DNA from: a virus | Lineage: Duplodnaviria > Caudoviricetes | Reading direction: 5' to 3' (one strand) | Length of the DNA stretch: 25,690 nt | IMG/VR virus record: IMGVR_UViG_3300042507_002079 | Location: 1-25,690 of that record | In this document: positions 16,489 to 25,656 of the stretch, in pieces | How positions within the stretch are numbered: the first letter of the stretch is position 1 | Layout: every line of letters starts with the position of its first letter | Position numbers and translations under genes: made by a program | The notes under the pieces: generated by a model | Told to the model about the DNA's origin: nothing | What the model saw: only the letters and a program-made list of their open reading frames with translations | Database searches by the model: none

Positions 16489-19400
16489 TGTCTGCTGAAG
16501 ACTTCATTAATCGAGTTAAACAACGTAGGTTAAATAAGCCGACCTCTGACGCGCCACCGACTATACCGCCATACCCGACATACCCGCCATATTTAACTTT
16601 ACCGCCAACGACAACCCCGCCAGGCAAAACAAACTTTATTGCCGATTATGTACCAACAGGAAATGTACCGCAATCGTCCGATAGTGGCGGTGGCGGTGGC
16701 GGTGGCTTTTGGGGCAATCTTTTTTCTATTCCAGTTAGTTCAACAAAAGCAGTTTTTAGTGGGATCGGCCAACTTCCGCAATTAGGAAAAGACATTGTAA
16801 TGACTGGCGTCGGTACTGCGGAAGAAGCATACGGCGGAATAACTCAAACTTTAATTCCCTTTTACGACTACACCACACGCGCAGATAAACGACGAAAACA
16901 AGCCGAAGAAATGGGTCTTAAAGGCTACGAGGCACTCAATTACGAATTAGCTCACACATATCCGTTTGTAACAAAGTTTGCTGACTCAGTACAAACACTT
17001 GGTGGCAATGTTGCCGAACTCGTACCACTTGCAAAAATTGATGTTGGCGAACCGGGAGTTAACTACAAAAACGCTTTCAACAGAGGCGACTTTGGCGAAA
17101 TGCTTGTTGGTGACGTTGGAACAGCAATCACTCTTGGTCGTCTCAGCGGGATAGGTAACGTCGGCGTTCGCGCAGGAGCCAAAGTTAATTCAGCAGGCGC
17201 ACCTCGACTAGGTTCAACTATCTCAGCAGCGTCACGATTTGTTGAAGAACCAATCGGTTCAACAGCACGCGGAACAGCCCGTGTGGGCAACCTGGCAGCA
17301 GACCGACTGTCCCGACTCTCAACTTTGGGCAACACCGCAACTGCTCGCTTGACAGGTTTCGCTGATCGAGCTGGACGAATCGCTGAAGCACCACGCCCAC
17401 TACGCCAAACACTTGATGAGGCTGTGGGTGCGCGCCGATTAAAGTTTGAGGGACGTTTAACAGATCTAATTGACGAAGAAACAAGATTAACTGACGCAAT
17501 AGAACGACTTTCCCCTGACGACCAGGCGCGAATTAAACTTGACGAAGAACTTACAAAAGTCATAGAAGCCAAAGAAAAAGCCTTGACTGGTACTGGCCGA
17601 CCGAAAATGTTACGCCAAGAAATTAGAGCGCAACAACGAGCAACCGAAGCAACGCGTACTAAATGGGTGACCGCAATCAACCGTTGGACTAACGAAGGTT
17701 CTGTCCCCGAATCTGTCCGTCAATTGGATGAATCAGCACAAGCAGCGCGCGTACGCCAGCAAGAAGAAATGGCAAAAGGCGACCCGCAAACCGCGCAATT
17801 CAACGATGACCAAGCAACGTTCTACGAAGAAGCAGCGAACCTGAAACGATCCGACGTTGACGGTCGACTCAATCCTAAGAACTGGGACAATGTTGAAAAG
17901 CAGACGGTATTCAGTAGTGCCGTGCTGATTATGACCAAAATCAAAGAAGAAATAGTTCGCGCATACGACAGCAAAGTCAGAGAAGGTTTAACGCACGAAC
18001 AAGCCGTTGACTGGATTGCAAGGAACATCACACCACCTGAACTGCTACCTGAAATAGCTGCTCAGGGTTACGCTTGGACACCACAAGCCATTGACCGTGT
18101 CATCCGATTCTCAAAGGGTCAACTAGACGCATTTGACAGCATGAACATTGAAGGTGCTGCGCGCCTCATCAACGCGTTTAGCGAATGGTTCAGTAGCCAG
18201 GCGATGCAAGGTATCGGTCGGGTAACCGGGGCTTTGCCGTTCACCTACAAATTCAACTTGCCTGACCCAATGAATATGGTGCGTCAGTTGAAAGATCGAC
18301 TAAAACTCAAGACAGCAGTCTATGAAATTTTAGATGAAGCAATGGCGTATGTATTGCGTCGCGACCACATGGATTTTGTCACCGAACAAAAGATTGACCT
18401 TGATAATCCAACGGGACTGTTTGAGAAATTTGCAGAAAAACGCCCTGATAGCGAACAGTACGCCATTGCCTACAAAGCATTGACCGAAGCATTTGATGTA
18501 CTTGTAGATGACCCGCAGACCTCAATGTTCATGCAGAACAAGATGATCTATCCCGCTGCAATGCGACCTGTGATGTTGGCAAGAGAACGCTTAACGCAAG
18601 CAGCTCGCGCCGAAGACGTAACTTTTATGGCCGACGAGTTGGCGCAACTTGCTGTTCAAAACCAAGACTTAATCCCCGGCAGAACCTTGAAGTCAATTGC
18701 TACTGCTATCAAGTTGGCTTTAGGTGAGCAGACTAAATACGACGTGCGAACCTGGGTTCGTGTTCAAGCAACTCTCAACCGTTTAGTCGCTGAAGCACAA
18801 AAGGCTCAAGCCGAATACCAAGGTGCGGGAGCAAAACTTAGTGGTGGCATTGACAGTACAATGGCTCGACTTCAACAAATTGAACAGTTTGCTGTCGCTG
18901 CTAACGCAATGATTGACCAAGTTATTGCTAACCCTGACATTGTTTTCCCTGACCTTGCTAACGGTTCACCACGACTTGTCGCAGCAAGACAAGCGGAGCA
19001 AGCAAACCTGTCTCGCATTGACGCGATCCCCGACGAGATCGCTCAGGTTGATGCCGAGATTAAAGCCGAGATTGACCGTCAGAGAACCGCTAACGCCTAT
19101 CTGCAACAGGAGTTGGACAATACTCAGGTCAGCCTTGACGAAGCTCGTACTCGCGCTACTGAAACAGCCGATGCCGAAGCCACGGTGCGCCAGCAGTTAG
19201 ACCAGGAGCAGGCGTACATTGATGCATACAACAAACTGACCGAAGAAGAACTTGCAGCGTTACAAACAGACTTTGAGACAGCACTTCGCATCCACGGCCA
19301 GTACGCAAGTGGTGACAAGTTTGTTAGCAAAGGCACAGCGCAAGCAGTTAAGCGTCGCCTAGTCGAAGAAGCCACACAACGCCTTGCTGTCGCCCAAGGT

Positions 19401-22400
19401 CTTGTAGATAGTTTGATGCCTTCACGGTTGCGTCGCTCGCGCACAATGACTATCGGTTTGGCAACCGATCCGAACGCAATGTCGTTTATGCAGGAAGACT
19501 TCCGTGCGCCATTTGAAAGTGCCGTCTACCAGGCTATTGGTGATCCAAAACTAGCTAAGAAGGCGTACAACGATTTTGTTAACTCTCGTACCGTCATGGA
19601 TGAAGGTGTTGCCGTTGACCAACTCAGCATGGAAACAGGTCGTGACTTCGCATCAGATAGCGATTTCATGGCAGAACTTGGTCGCGCCTGGGCTGAACAA
19701 TGGCAAGCCGAAAAAGACTTAGGTCGCGCCAAACAAAAAGGCGTAGAGGCTATTCGCAAAGAACTTGCTGCCGAAAATCAGGCCAACATTGACCAGGCTA
19801 TTGAAGCATCCACAGTTACACAGCAGAACCTGCCGTGGATTGAGCGCATGATCGAATTAGATGATCGCGCAACGCTTGCAGAAGCCACTCGCACCGTTGA
19901 AGGTCTACGCCGTGATCTAGCCAAAGCCGAACAAGCAGCACAAAAAGCACAAGCCGACCTTAACCGTCTAGCGGCCAAAGTAGCCAAACTTACCGACCAA
20001 GCACGACCCAAGGTTCCGAACGAACTACTGACACGCCGTAGCAAATTAGAAAAAGAATCCGCCACTACAAAGAAAGCAACTCGCCGTCTAGCCGGGGTCG
20101 TAGAACGCGCCCAAACAGCAGAACCTAAGACGATAGCCAGCCTTGTTAAGAGCGCACGCCTCGCGCGACTACAAGGTGTCGGCAAACTAAACGCTGACGG
20201 ATCAGCACAAATGCTCCCAGGTCTTGCTGGCAAATTAGATGCCGAACAACAAACGCTTCTAGTCAAGCAAGCCGAACTAGACGCAAAACTTGCCGATGTT
20301 CGACGCAGAGCAGCCGAGCAAGACGCGTTAGAACAACAAACACAGACGATCCAAGGCGAAGCACAAGCACTATCCGACCTACAAGGCCAGCCAATGGGGC
20401 CACAGTTACTTGCCCAAAGCGGAGCAGCACGACTCAATGTTGAAGGCGCAAGCCCTATTTACTACCCGGCAGGCGAAACATCGTCCGTTACACCACAGGC
20501 TCGTATTGAAACTCGACTACGAAGCGAAGCAGCTGGTGCTGAACGGCAATCAGCGACCGAAGGTGTCAAGACAACCAACGTCATGGCAATGGACTCAGGC
20601 AAATTTGCTGACCGCGTCAATGAGATCCTGGGTCAATTCGCGCGCAACGTCGTAATTCAAAGACTTATTCAGAACCGTGAGTTTGTTACTGACGTGTCTT
20701 ACCATTTTACTGATGAACAACTAGCACAATTTGATATTGACGCTCGTCGCAAACTTGGCAACCAGCGCACAAACTTAAACACTTACGAATTTGAACAGCT
20801 TGTCAAAAAAGAAGTCGGCAATACAATCCTACAAAAGTTGAAAGAAAAAGGTTTAGAGCCAATATCTAAAGTACAAATGCCCGACCCCGAAGATATTTAT
20901 ACTGGTCGTTCTGCGCTGGATACATTCAAAGACATCGTCGAAGGTAAAGACATTGACGCAACAACGCTTGTCATGCCTATCGGTATGCGTGACAGAGTCG
21001 CATCAAGTTTCGTAGCCAAGTCGGACGCTGCAATCCCTGACGGCGTAAAGAAGTTGTTCACCAAAATTGGCAAAGTAACATCGGGTTGGAAGTCGGTCAT
21101 CTTGCCGATCTCAGTTCGCTGGCAAGTAGGCGACTACATGGGCAACATCATCAACGCTTGGGTGCGCGGAGACATTGACCCCAAAACAATGATGGAAATG
21201 ATGAAGTTGGTTGACGAACTCATCCGCGAAGACACCGGGACTGGCAAATTCAAGGCTCGCACCGGGGGCGCAACCAACCGCACATTCAATAACCCCGTAT
21301 TGCAAGCACTTATCGGTGAAGGTATCCAAGGTCGGTCACTACGCCTTGACGACATCCGTGACATCTTAGCTGCTAACAAGGGAGCAGTACCTATCGGTGA
21401 TGTCAATGCCAGGTTTGGTCGAGACTTCCGCAAGAAAGCGTTCAACTTCAACGAGTACATGAACACGCAACAAAAACTTGCTGTAGCAATGGTTAAGTTG
21501 CAAGAAGCGTTAGACAAACAAGGTCGCACAATGGCAGACATTGACCCTGTCACATTGCACAACGACCCCCAACTACAAGCCGCAGTAACCGAAGCAGTCC
21601 AATTCGCCAACGAAACCCTCGGATCGTTCAGCGAAATGACACCGTGGGAACGAAACGTCGTCCGACAAATATTTCCATTTTGGTCATGGATCAAATTCAT
21701 CAACACCGCAGCAGCCAAACTATTACTAGATAGTCCTGACCGAGTCTTGTTCTACTCTCACCTTGGCTCGATGACAATGGATCCCGACTCCGAAGGTCTT
21801 TACAGTTGGCTACAAAACAAGACACCCATCGGTGGCCTGTTGTTTGACCTGTCATTTACTAACCCATACACCGACGCAATCCTGTTCCAAAAAAACCCAT
21901 TTGAAGCAGGATTTGAACAAACAACATCATTTTCACCAGCCATAACTTTTACTTTAAGCGCGCTTGGAGAAACCGCCTACTACTTTACGGGACGCAAATT
22001 CCCACCTTTAATCGCTGGATCCCGCCCCAGTTACCTTGAAGGTAGCCCTACAGCATCAAGCGCATCCTTTGGCGACTTTGTTGGTGGTGTTGCCTACCAA
22101 GGGCTAAAATCATTTGGCGGCCCAGCCCGAAACCTATTAGAACTTGGGCCTGCTGACACAAAAATTCCGTTCACCGATGTAGCCGTTGGGCCTGGCAAAC
22201 GGTTCGGTCAAGGATCACTCCGCACCGAGGGACGATACGCAGAACTTGGACTGTCTCCAAACACGGCTCGACTATCGTCATTCCTACGCACATTCGGTCT
22301 ACCAGGGCCTATCATCAGCATGGAAGAAGCCAAACGGCAGGCAGAAGAACAACGAATTGCTGACGAGAAAGCCCGCCTACGCAAAATACAGGAGAGAATT

Positions 22401-22412
22401 AACGCTGGATGA
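16488..22412 (+). CDS. Giant internal virion/DNA-ejection protein
   Basis: 1974 aa, Cys-free, long coiled coils, C-terminal ERNVVRQIFPFWSWIKF motif typical of large podovirus internal proteins; last of four coupled genes. Confidence 0.75.
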   Translation: MSAEDFINRVKQRRLNKPTSDAPPTIPPYPTYPPYLTLPPTTTPPGKTNFIADYVPTGNVPQSSDSGGGGGGGFWGNLFSIPVSSTKAVFSGIGQLPQLGKDIVMTGVGTAEEAYGGITQTLIPFYDYTTRADKRRKQAEEMGLKGYEALNYELAHTYPFVTKFADSVQTLGGNVAELVPLAKIDVGEPGVNYKNAFNRGDFGEMLVGDVGTAITLGRLSGIGNVGVRAGAKVNSAGAPRLGSTISAASRFVEEPIGSTARGTARVGNLAADRLSRLSTLGNTATARLTGFADRAGRIAEAPRPLRQTLDEAVGARRLKFEGRLTDLIDEETRLTDAIERLSPDDQARIKLDEELTKVIEAKEKALTGTGRPKMLRQEIRAQQRATEATRTKWVTAINRWTNEGSVPESVRQLDESAQAARVRQQEEMAKGDPQTAQFNDDQATFYEEAANLKRSDVDGRLNPKNWDNVEKQTVFSSAVLIMTKIKEEIVRAYDSKVREGLTHEQAVDWIARNITPPELLPEIAAQGYAWTPQAIDRVIRFSKGQLDAFDSMNIEGAARLINAFSEWFSSQAMQGIGRVTGALPFTYKFNLPDPMNMVRQLKDRLKLKTAVYEILDEAMAYVLRRDHMDFVTEQKIDLDNPTGLFEKFAEKRPDSEQYAIAYKALTEAFDVLVDDPQTSMFMQNKMIYPAAMRPVMLARERLTQAARAEDVTFMADELAQLAVQNQDLIPGRTLKSIATAIKLALGEQTKYDVRTWVRVQATLNRLVAEAQKAQAEYQGAGAKLSGGIDSTMARLQQIEQFAVAANAMIDQVIANPDIVFPDLANGSPRLVAARQAEQANLSRIDAIPDEIAQVDAEIKAEIDRQRTANAYLQQELDNTQVSLDEARTRATETADAEATVRQQLDQEQAYIDAYNKLTEEELAALQTDFETALRIHGQYASGDKFVSKGTAQAVKRRLVEEATQRLAVAQGLVDSLMPSRLRRSRTMTIGLATDPNAMSFMQEDFRAPFESAVYQAIGDPKLAKKAYNDFVNSRTVMDEGVAVDQLSMETGRDFASDSDFMAELGRAWAEQWQAEKDLGRAKQKGVEAIRKELAAENQANIDQAIEASTVTQQNLPWIERMIELDDRATLAEATRTVEGLRRDLAKAEQAAQKAQADLNRLAAKVAKLTDQARPKVPNELLTRRSKLEKESATTKKATRRLAGVVERAQTAEPKTIASLVKSARLARLQGVGKLNADGSAQMLPGLAGKLDAEQQTLLVKQAELDAKLADVRRRAAEQDALEQQTQTIQGEAQALSDLQGQPMGPQLLAQSGAARLNVEGASPIYYPAGETSSVTPQARIETRLRSEAAGAERQSATEGVKTTNVMAMDSGKFADRVNEILGQFARNVVIQRLIQNREFVTDVSYHFTDEQLAQFDIDARRKLGNQRTNLNTYEFEQLVKKEVGNTILQKLKEKGLEPISKVQMPDPEDIYTGRSALDTFKDIVEGKDIDATTLVMPIGMRDRVASSFVAKSDAAIPDGVKKLFTKIGKVTSGWKSVILPISVRWQVGDYMGNIINAWVRGDIDPKTMMEMMKLVDELIREDTGTGKFKARTGGATNRTFNNPVLQALIGEGIQGRSLRLDDIRDILAANKGAVPIGDVNARFGRDFRKKAFNFNEYMNTQQKLAVAMVKLQEALDKQGRTMADIDPVTLHNDPQLQAAVTEAVQFANETLGSFSEMTPWERNVVRQIFPFWSWIKFINTAAAKLLLDSPDRVLFYSHLGSMTMDPDSEGLYSWLQNKTPIGGLLFDLSFTNPYTDAILFQKNPFEAGFEQTTSFSPAITFTLSALGETAYYFTGRKFPPLIAGSRPSYLEGSPTASSASFGDFVGGVAYQGLKSFGGPARNLLELGPADTKIPFTDVAVGPGKRFGQGSLRTEGRYAELGLSPNTARLSSFLRTFGLPGPIISMEEAKRQAEEQRIADEKARLRKIQERINAG

Positions 22413-22783
22413 TCTACAAACTGGAAGTCCACGGTCGACGACCCACCACTCTGAACCAGGAACGCAAGACCAACAACTGGGGAGCCAGGGCCAGCGACAC
22501 CAAATGGTGGCGAGCGCAGTACGCCGAACTAGCAGCCGACATCCCGCCGATGAAACGCATCCACATCTCGGTCACCCCCCTGCACAAGAACGGCAGGTCA
22601 CCACAGGACGTTGGAGCCTGCTTCCCCGCTGCCAAAGCCGGGATAGACGGACTCGTAGACGCTGGGGTTATACCCGACGACACACCCGACATCGTTGTTA
22701 GGCTAGACTTTTACGCACCGCACGTCTGTGGAGAAGACGGACTCAGAATCGAAGTTAGGAACGCCGATGAACCCAATGTATAG
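22409..22783 (+). CDS. rusA: RusA-like Holliday junction resolvase
   Basis: 124 aa; PTTLNQER, QDVGA...KAGIDGLVDAGVIPDD matches the RusA D...K-x3-D...DD pattern. Confidence 0.8.
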   Translation: MIYKLEVHGRRPTTLNQERKTNNWGARASDTKWWRAQYAELAADIPPMKRIHISVTPLHKNGRSPQDVGACFPAAKAGIDGLVDAGVIPDDTPDIVVRLDFYAPHVCGEDGLRIEVRNADEPNV

Positions 22784-23060
22784 CAACGCACTCTCAGGTC
22801 TAGCCTCAGGTATGGCAAGTGGTGGTGGCGCACCTATGGGTGGCGACATGGCTATGGGTGGCATGGGTGAAGGCGAAGGCGAAATGGTTCCCTGCCCTAT
22901 GTGCCAAGGTGTTGGCATGGTTCCTGCTGACATGATGGGTGGTGGCGCAATGCTCCCGCCTCGCCTCGCAGCCCGTGGTGGCGGTATGCCAATGGGTGGC
23001 GACATGGGTGGAATGTCAATGGGTGGCGGTATGCCAATGCCATCCTCACCAATGAGCTAG
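22767..23060 (+). CDS. Gly/Met/Pro-rich low-complexity protein with one CxxCxGxG motif
   Basis: AGGA RBS before ATG 22767; 97 aa; repeated PMGGDM; CPMCQGVG. Confidence 0.65.
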   Translation: MNPMYSNALSGLASGMASGGGAPMGGDMAMGGMGEGEGEMVPCPMCQGVGMVPADMMGGGAMLPPRLAARGGGMPMGGDMGGMSMGGGMPMPSSPMS

Positions 23061-23062
23061 TC

Positions 23063-23392
23063 ATGGCAACGCCAGCATGGCAACGCAAAGAAGGTCAGAA
23101 CCCTTCAGGTGGACTCAACGACAAAGGTCGAGCGTCGTACAAAGCACAGACAGGTGGCACTCTAAAAGCCCCGGTCAAAGGTCGCCCGTCTTCCCCCGAT
23201 CAGATGCGTCGTAAAGGATCGTTCTTATCGCGCATGGGTGGTTCGCCAGGCCCAATGAAAGACGACAAAGGCCGTCCGACCCGCAAAGCGTTAGCACTCA
23301 AAGCATGGGGTGCATCGTCACCAGCCGAAGCCAAATCTATGGGTCGTCGTCTATTGGAGCAGTACGCCAAGCAGAAAGCTGACAAGAAATGA
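23063..23392 (+). CDS. Conserved basic phage protein (DUF6321-like)
   Basis: PAWQRKEGQNPSGGLNDKGRASY...SFLSRM...GRPTRKALALKAW; family assignment from recollection, not searched. Confidence 0.75.
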   Translation: MATPAWQRKEGQNPSGGLNDKGRASYKAQTGGTLKAPVKGRPSSPDQMRRKGSFLSRMGGSPGPMKDDKGRPTRKALALKAWGASSPAEAKSMGRRLLEQYAKQKADKK

Positions 23393-23541
23393 AGAAGCCT
23401 TTTTGGGAAACAAAGAACCCGAACAAGAAGTCAAGCAAACTTGGTGCTGAAGGTATCGCCCTTGCCAAGAGCATGGCATCTAAAGCTGGTCGACCGTACC
23501 CAAACCTTGTAGACAACGCCGCAGCAAGCCGTAAGGTATAG
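23389..23541 (+). CDS. Small basic protein, 50 aa, AGRPYPNLVDN motif (absent from ORF track)
   Basis: ATGA overlap; MKKPFWETKNPNKKSSKLGAEGIALAKSMASKAGRPYPNLVDNAAASRKV. Confidence 0.75.
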   Translation: MKKPFWETKNPNKKSSKLGAEGIALAKSMASKAGRPYPNLVDNAAASRKV

Positions 23542-23548
23542 TAGTACC

Positions 23549-24961
23549 ATGCTTCCCCGTCGCGATGCCCCTGCTAGACGACTGCCGTATACCACGGCAG
23601 ATATGAGCGAACGCCTAGCCAGGCGCAAAGCCGACCAGGCCAATCAAGCATTACGATTCGGTGTCACCAATCCACCTATACCTGCCCAAGAAGATAAAGG
23701 TGGCGGTGGGGGCTTGTGGCCTAGCTGGGGCGAAATAGGTAACGCAATAAAATCGGTAGGTAACACAGCAAAATCGGTAGGCGGTATGGCTGTGGGAACA
23801 ATTAACACAGTTGCAGCAACGCCAATAGATATGGCTGATTGGGCTAACCAACAGTTAGTAAAATATGTTGCTGGCAAAGAACCCGTAGATCAATTTGATC
23901 CTGCATTAGTCGGGTCATTTAACCTTCTTGGAGAAACCAATCGAGGATTAGATGCTTCAACACGTCGACTTATAGGTGACATTACAGCAATTCCCCGTGT
24001 AGGTAAACCGTCTGCTTCACCAACGGCGACAGATATTAAACAACAAGGTTGGGTCAACGGGTTAGGCAATGCCGCACTTGACTACGGCAACCTGGCCGCA
24101 ACAGTTGCACCGTTCGTAGGGCCAGTCGCTAGGGGTGGCATTAACTCTTATCGCCTTATCAAGTCAGGATTGGCTGATGATCTCGCACGATTCCAAGCTG
24201 GCAATGACGCAGGGGTTTTAGGTTACGGTGGACGAGAACGACCACAACTTAATTTGACAGGTCAACCTAAGCCTCGTCAAACAGCAGAATTTTTTAACCA
24301 GTTGCGTGGGCCTATGAATGAAGTTAGAGGCTTTGGTGATGTTGGCGGGCCGTTTGCTGAAGGTATTAGCGGGATCATTAGAAGTTCAGTAGAAAATGTG
24401 AACTTGCCTCGACCGGGTGCAGGAACTGTAGCAAGATCAGCAGATGCTATGGAGCAATACATCAACCAATTAACTTCACAACTTGATTCTGTCCCCGACT
24501 GGATGAAGCCCCCAGCTGAAACGAAGCCACTTACTGATCCGTTTGCTGACCCTAATTATCAGCCCCCGCCCTATAGAGAAATACCGATGAGTCCTCGTCG
24601 TGCTGAAATTAGTGCCACTCCTAGAGCAGGACAAAACCCTGTATGGCCTAAAGATTGGGATCAGGTTGATCTAACAAAAGAGCTAGACCTTACTAAGAAA
24701 TTTGACAACCCAAATCAATTGGACAATGTTGCACCTGAAATTCGCAACAAATGGTCAGCACAACAAGCATTCAAAGAAAATTTAATTAAACAAATTAACG
24801 AAGGCGATCTTTATTCATTCCCGAAAGATTTCTTCCCACCAGGTGCTAACACTCCAGCGCAACAAATACGTTGGCTTGAAGTTTCTTCGCTGAAAGATTT
24901 GTTAAGTAATCCCGTCTTAGCAAATGAGTACATAGATTTGATGCGGTTGTTCGGGCAGTAG
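23549..24961 (+). CDS. Hypothetical protein, possibly an additional internal virion protein
   Basis: 470 aa; TATAGT 6 nt before ATG; N-terminal half resembles the N-terminus of the 1974-aa protein. Confidence 0.75.
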   Translation: MLPRRDAPARRLPYTTADMSERLARRKADQANQALRFGVTNPPIPAQEDKGGGGGLWPSWGEIGNAIKSVGNTAKSVGGMAVGTINTVAATPIDMADWANQQLVKYVAGKEPVDQFDPALVGSFNLLGETNRGLDASTRRLIGDITAIPRVGKPSASPTATDIKQQGWVNGLGNAALDYGNLAATVAPFVGPVARGGINSYRLIKSGLADDLARFQAGNDAGVLGYGGRERPQLNLTGQPKPRQTAEFFNQLRGPMNEVRGFGDVGGPFAEGISGIIRSSVENVNLPRPGAGTVARSADAMEQYINQLTSQLDSVPDWMKPPAETKPLTDPFADPNYQPPPYREIPMSPRRAEISATPRAGQNPVWPKDWDQVDLTKELDLTKKFDNPNQLDNVAPEIRNKWSAQQAFKENLIKQINEGDLYSFPKDFFPPGANTPAQQIRWLEVSSLKDLLSNPVLANEYIDLMRLFGQ

Positions 24962-24994
24962 CCCCTGCTCACAGCGTCATTTAGTCCCGGTGAC

Positions 24995-25071
24995 TTGACC
25001 GAAGGTTGCCGTACAGTAAACTTGGTGTTGCCAACACAAACGTGATGTTGAAGGCTACGAGCCTCTATCAC
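24995..25071 (+). promoter_or_regulatory. Promoter, palindromic site and leader hairpin
   Basis: TTGACC 24995-25000, 16 nt, TAAACT 25017-25022; GTGTTG-C-CAACAC 25025-25037; hairpin GTGAT...AGGCT-ACG-AGCCT...ATCAC 25042-25071. Confidence 0.55.
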
Positions 25072-25089
25072 CCTTAACAAAGGAAATTC

Positions 25090-25656
25090 ATGCGGCAAAT
25101 CACCAAAGCAATACTCATTATTTGCGTTATGTCATCGTGCGGATCGACAATGAAAGTCTCAACCGAGACACTCCCTGTTCTCCAGCTCGCACCAGTCACA
25201 ACACAACCAGTCATTTTGAATGCACACGAAGCATTGCAAGAAGACCTAGCAACCACAACCACAACAACAACCGAAGCACCGTTAGTGTCAGATCCCCTTG
25301 ATTACATTGACGAATCGCGTGCAATGTACGGCAAGTGTGGTGAATGGTACGAGACAGCGATCTCGGTTGGCTGGCCTAACGACCCTGACGTGTTGCAGAC
25401 GTTAGGTCAAATTATGTGGCGTGAATCAAGATGTCAGCCCGACGCCTGTTCAAAGTCTGACAGTGGGAGACAATGCCGTGACTACGGGTTAATCCAGGGC
25501 AATTGGTACGCCCACCACGAATGGTGGACAGAACTGGGCATCGAACCCCAAGATATGTTTGACCCTGCCACAAACCTAGGGTGGGCTTACCTGCTCTATT
25601 CGGGCCGTGAGGCTCAAGGCAAATGTGGATGGCAACCTTGGAGCTTGTCGTGCTAA
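25090..25656 (+). CDS. Lipoprotein with lytic transglycosylase (SLT/lysozyme-like) domain
   Basis: AAAGGA RBS; lipobox-like VMSSC; Thr-rich linker; IMWRESRC (catalytic Glu), DYGLIQ, DPATNL, GWQPW. Confidence 0.88.
   Translation: MRQITKAILIICVMSSCGSTMKVSTETLPVLQLAPVTTQPVILNAHEALQEDLATTTTTTTEAPLVSDPLDYIDESRAMYGKCGEWYETAISVGWPNDPDVLQTLGQIMWRESRCQPDACSKSDSGRQCRDYGLIQGNWYAHHEWWTELGIEPQDMFDPATNLGWAYLLYSGREAQGKCGWQPWSLSC

Noticed and set aside
22401-22411. AACGCTGGATG, matching part of the third capsid-leader hairpin
   Set aside because: The downstream bases cannot complete the stem; probably chance at a gene junction
24962-25089. c-di-AMP (ydaO) riboswitch upstream of the wall hydrolase
   Set aside because: The leader is too short and lacks the conserved ydaO sequence blocks
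275-25262. Numerous minus-strand and alternate-frame ORFs in the track (e.g. 17063-17680, 21134-21718, 10125-10646, 11729-12007, 2382-2861)
   Set aside because: They lie within well-supported, tightly coupled + strand genes and have no recognisable motifs; the Val-rich one simply mirrors the Thr tract
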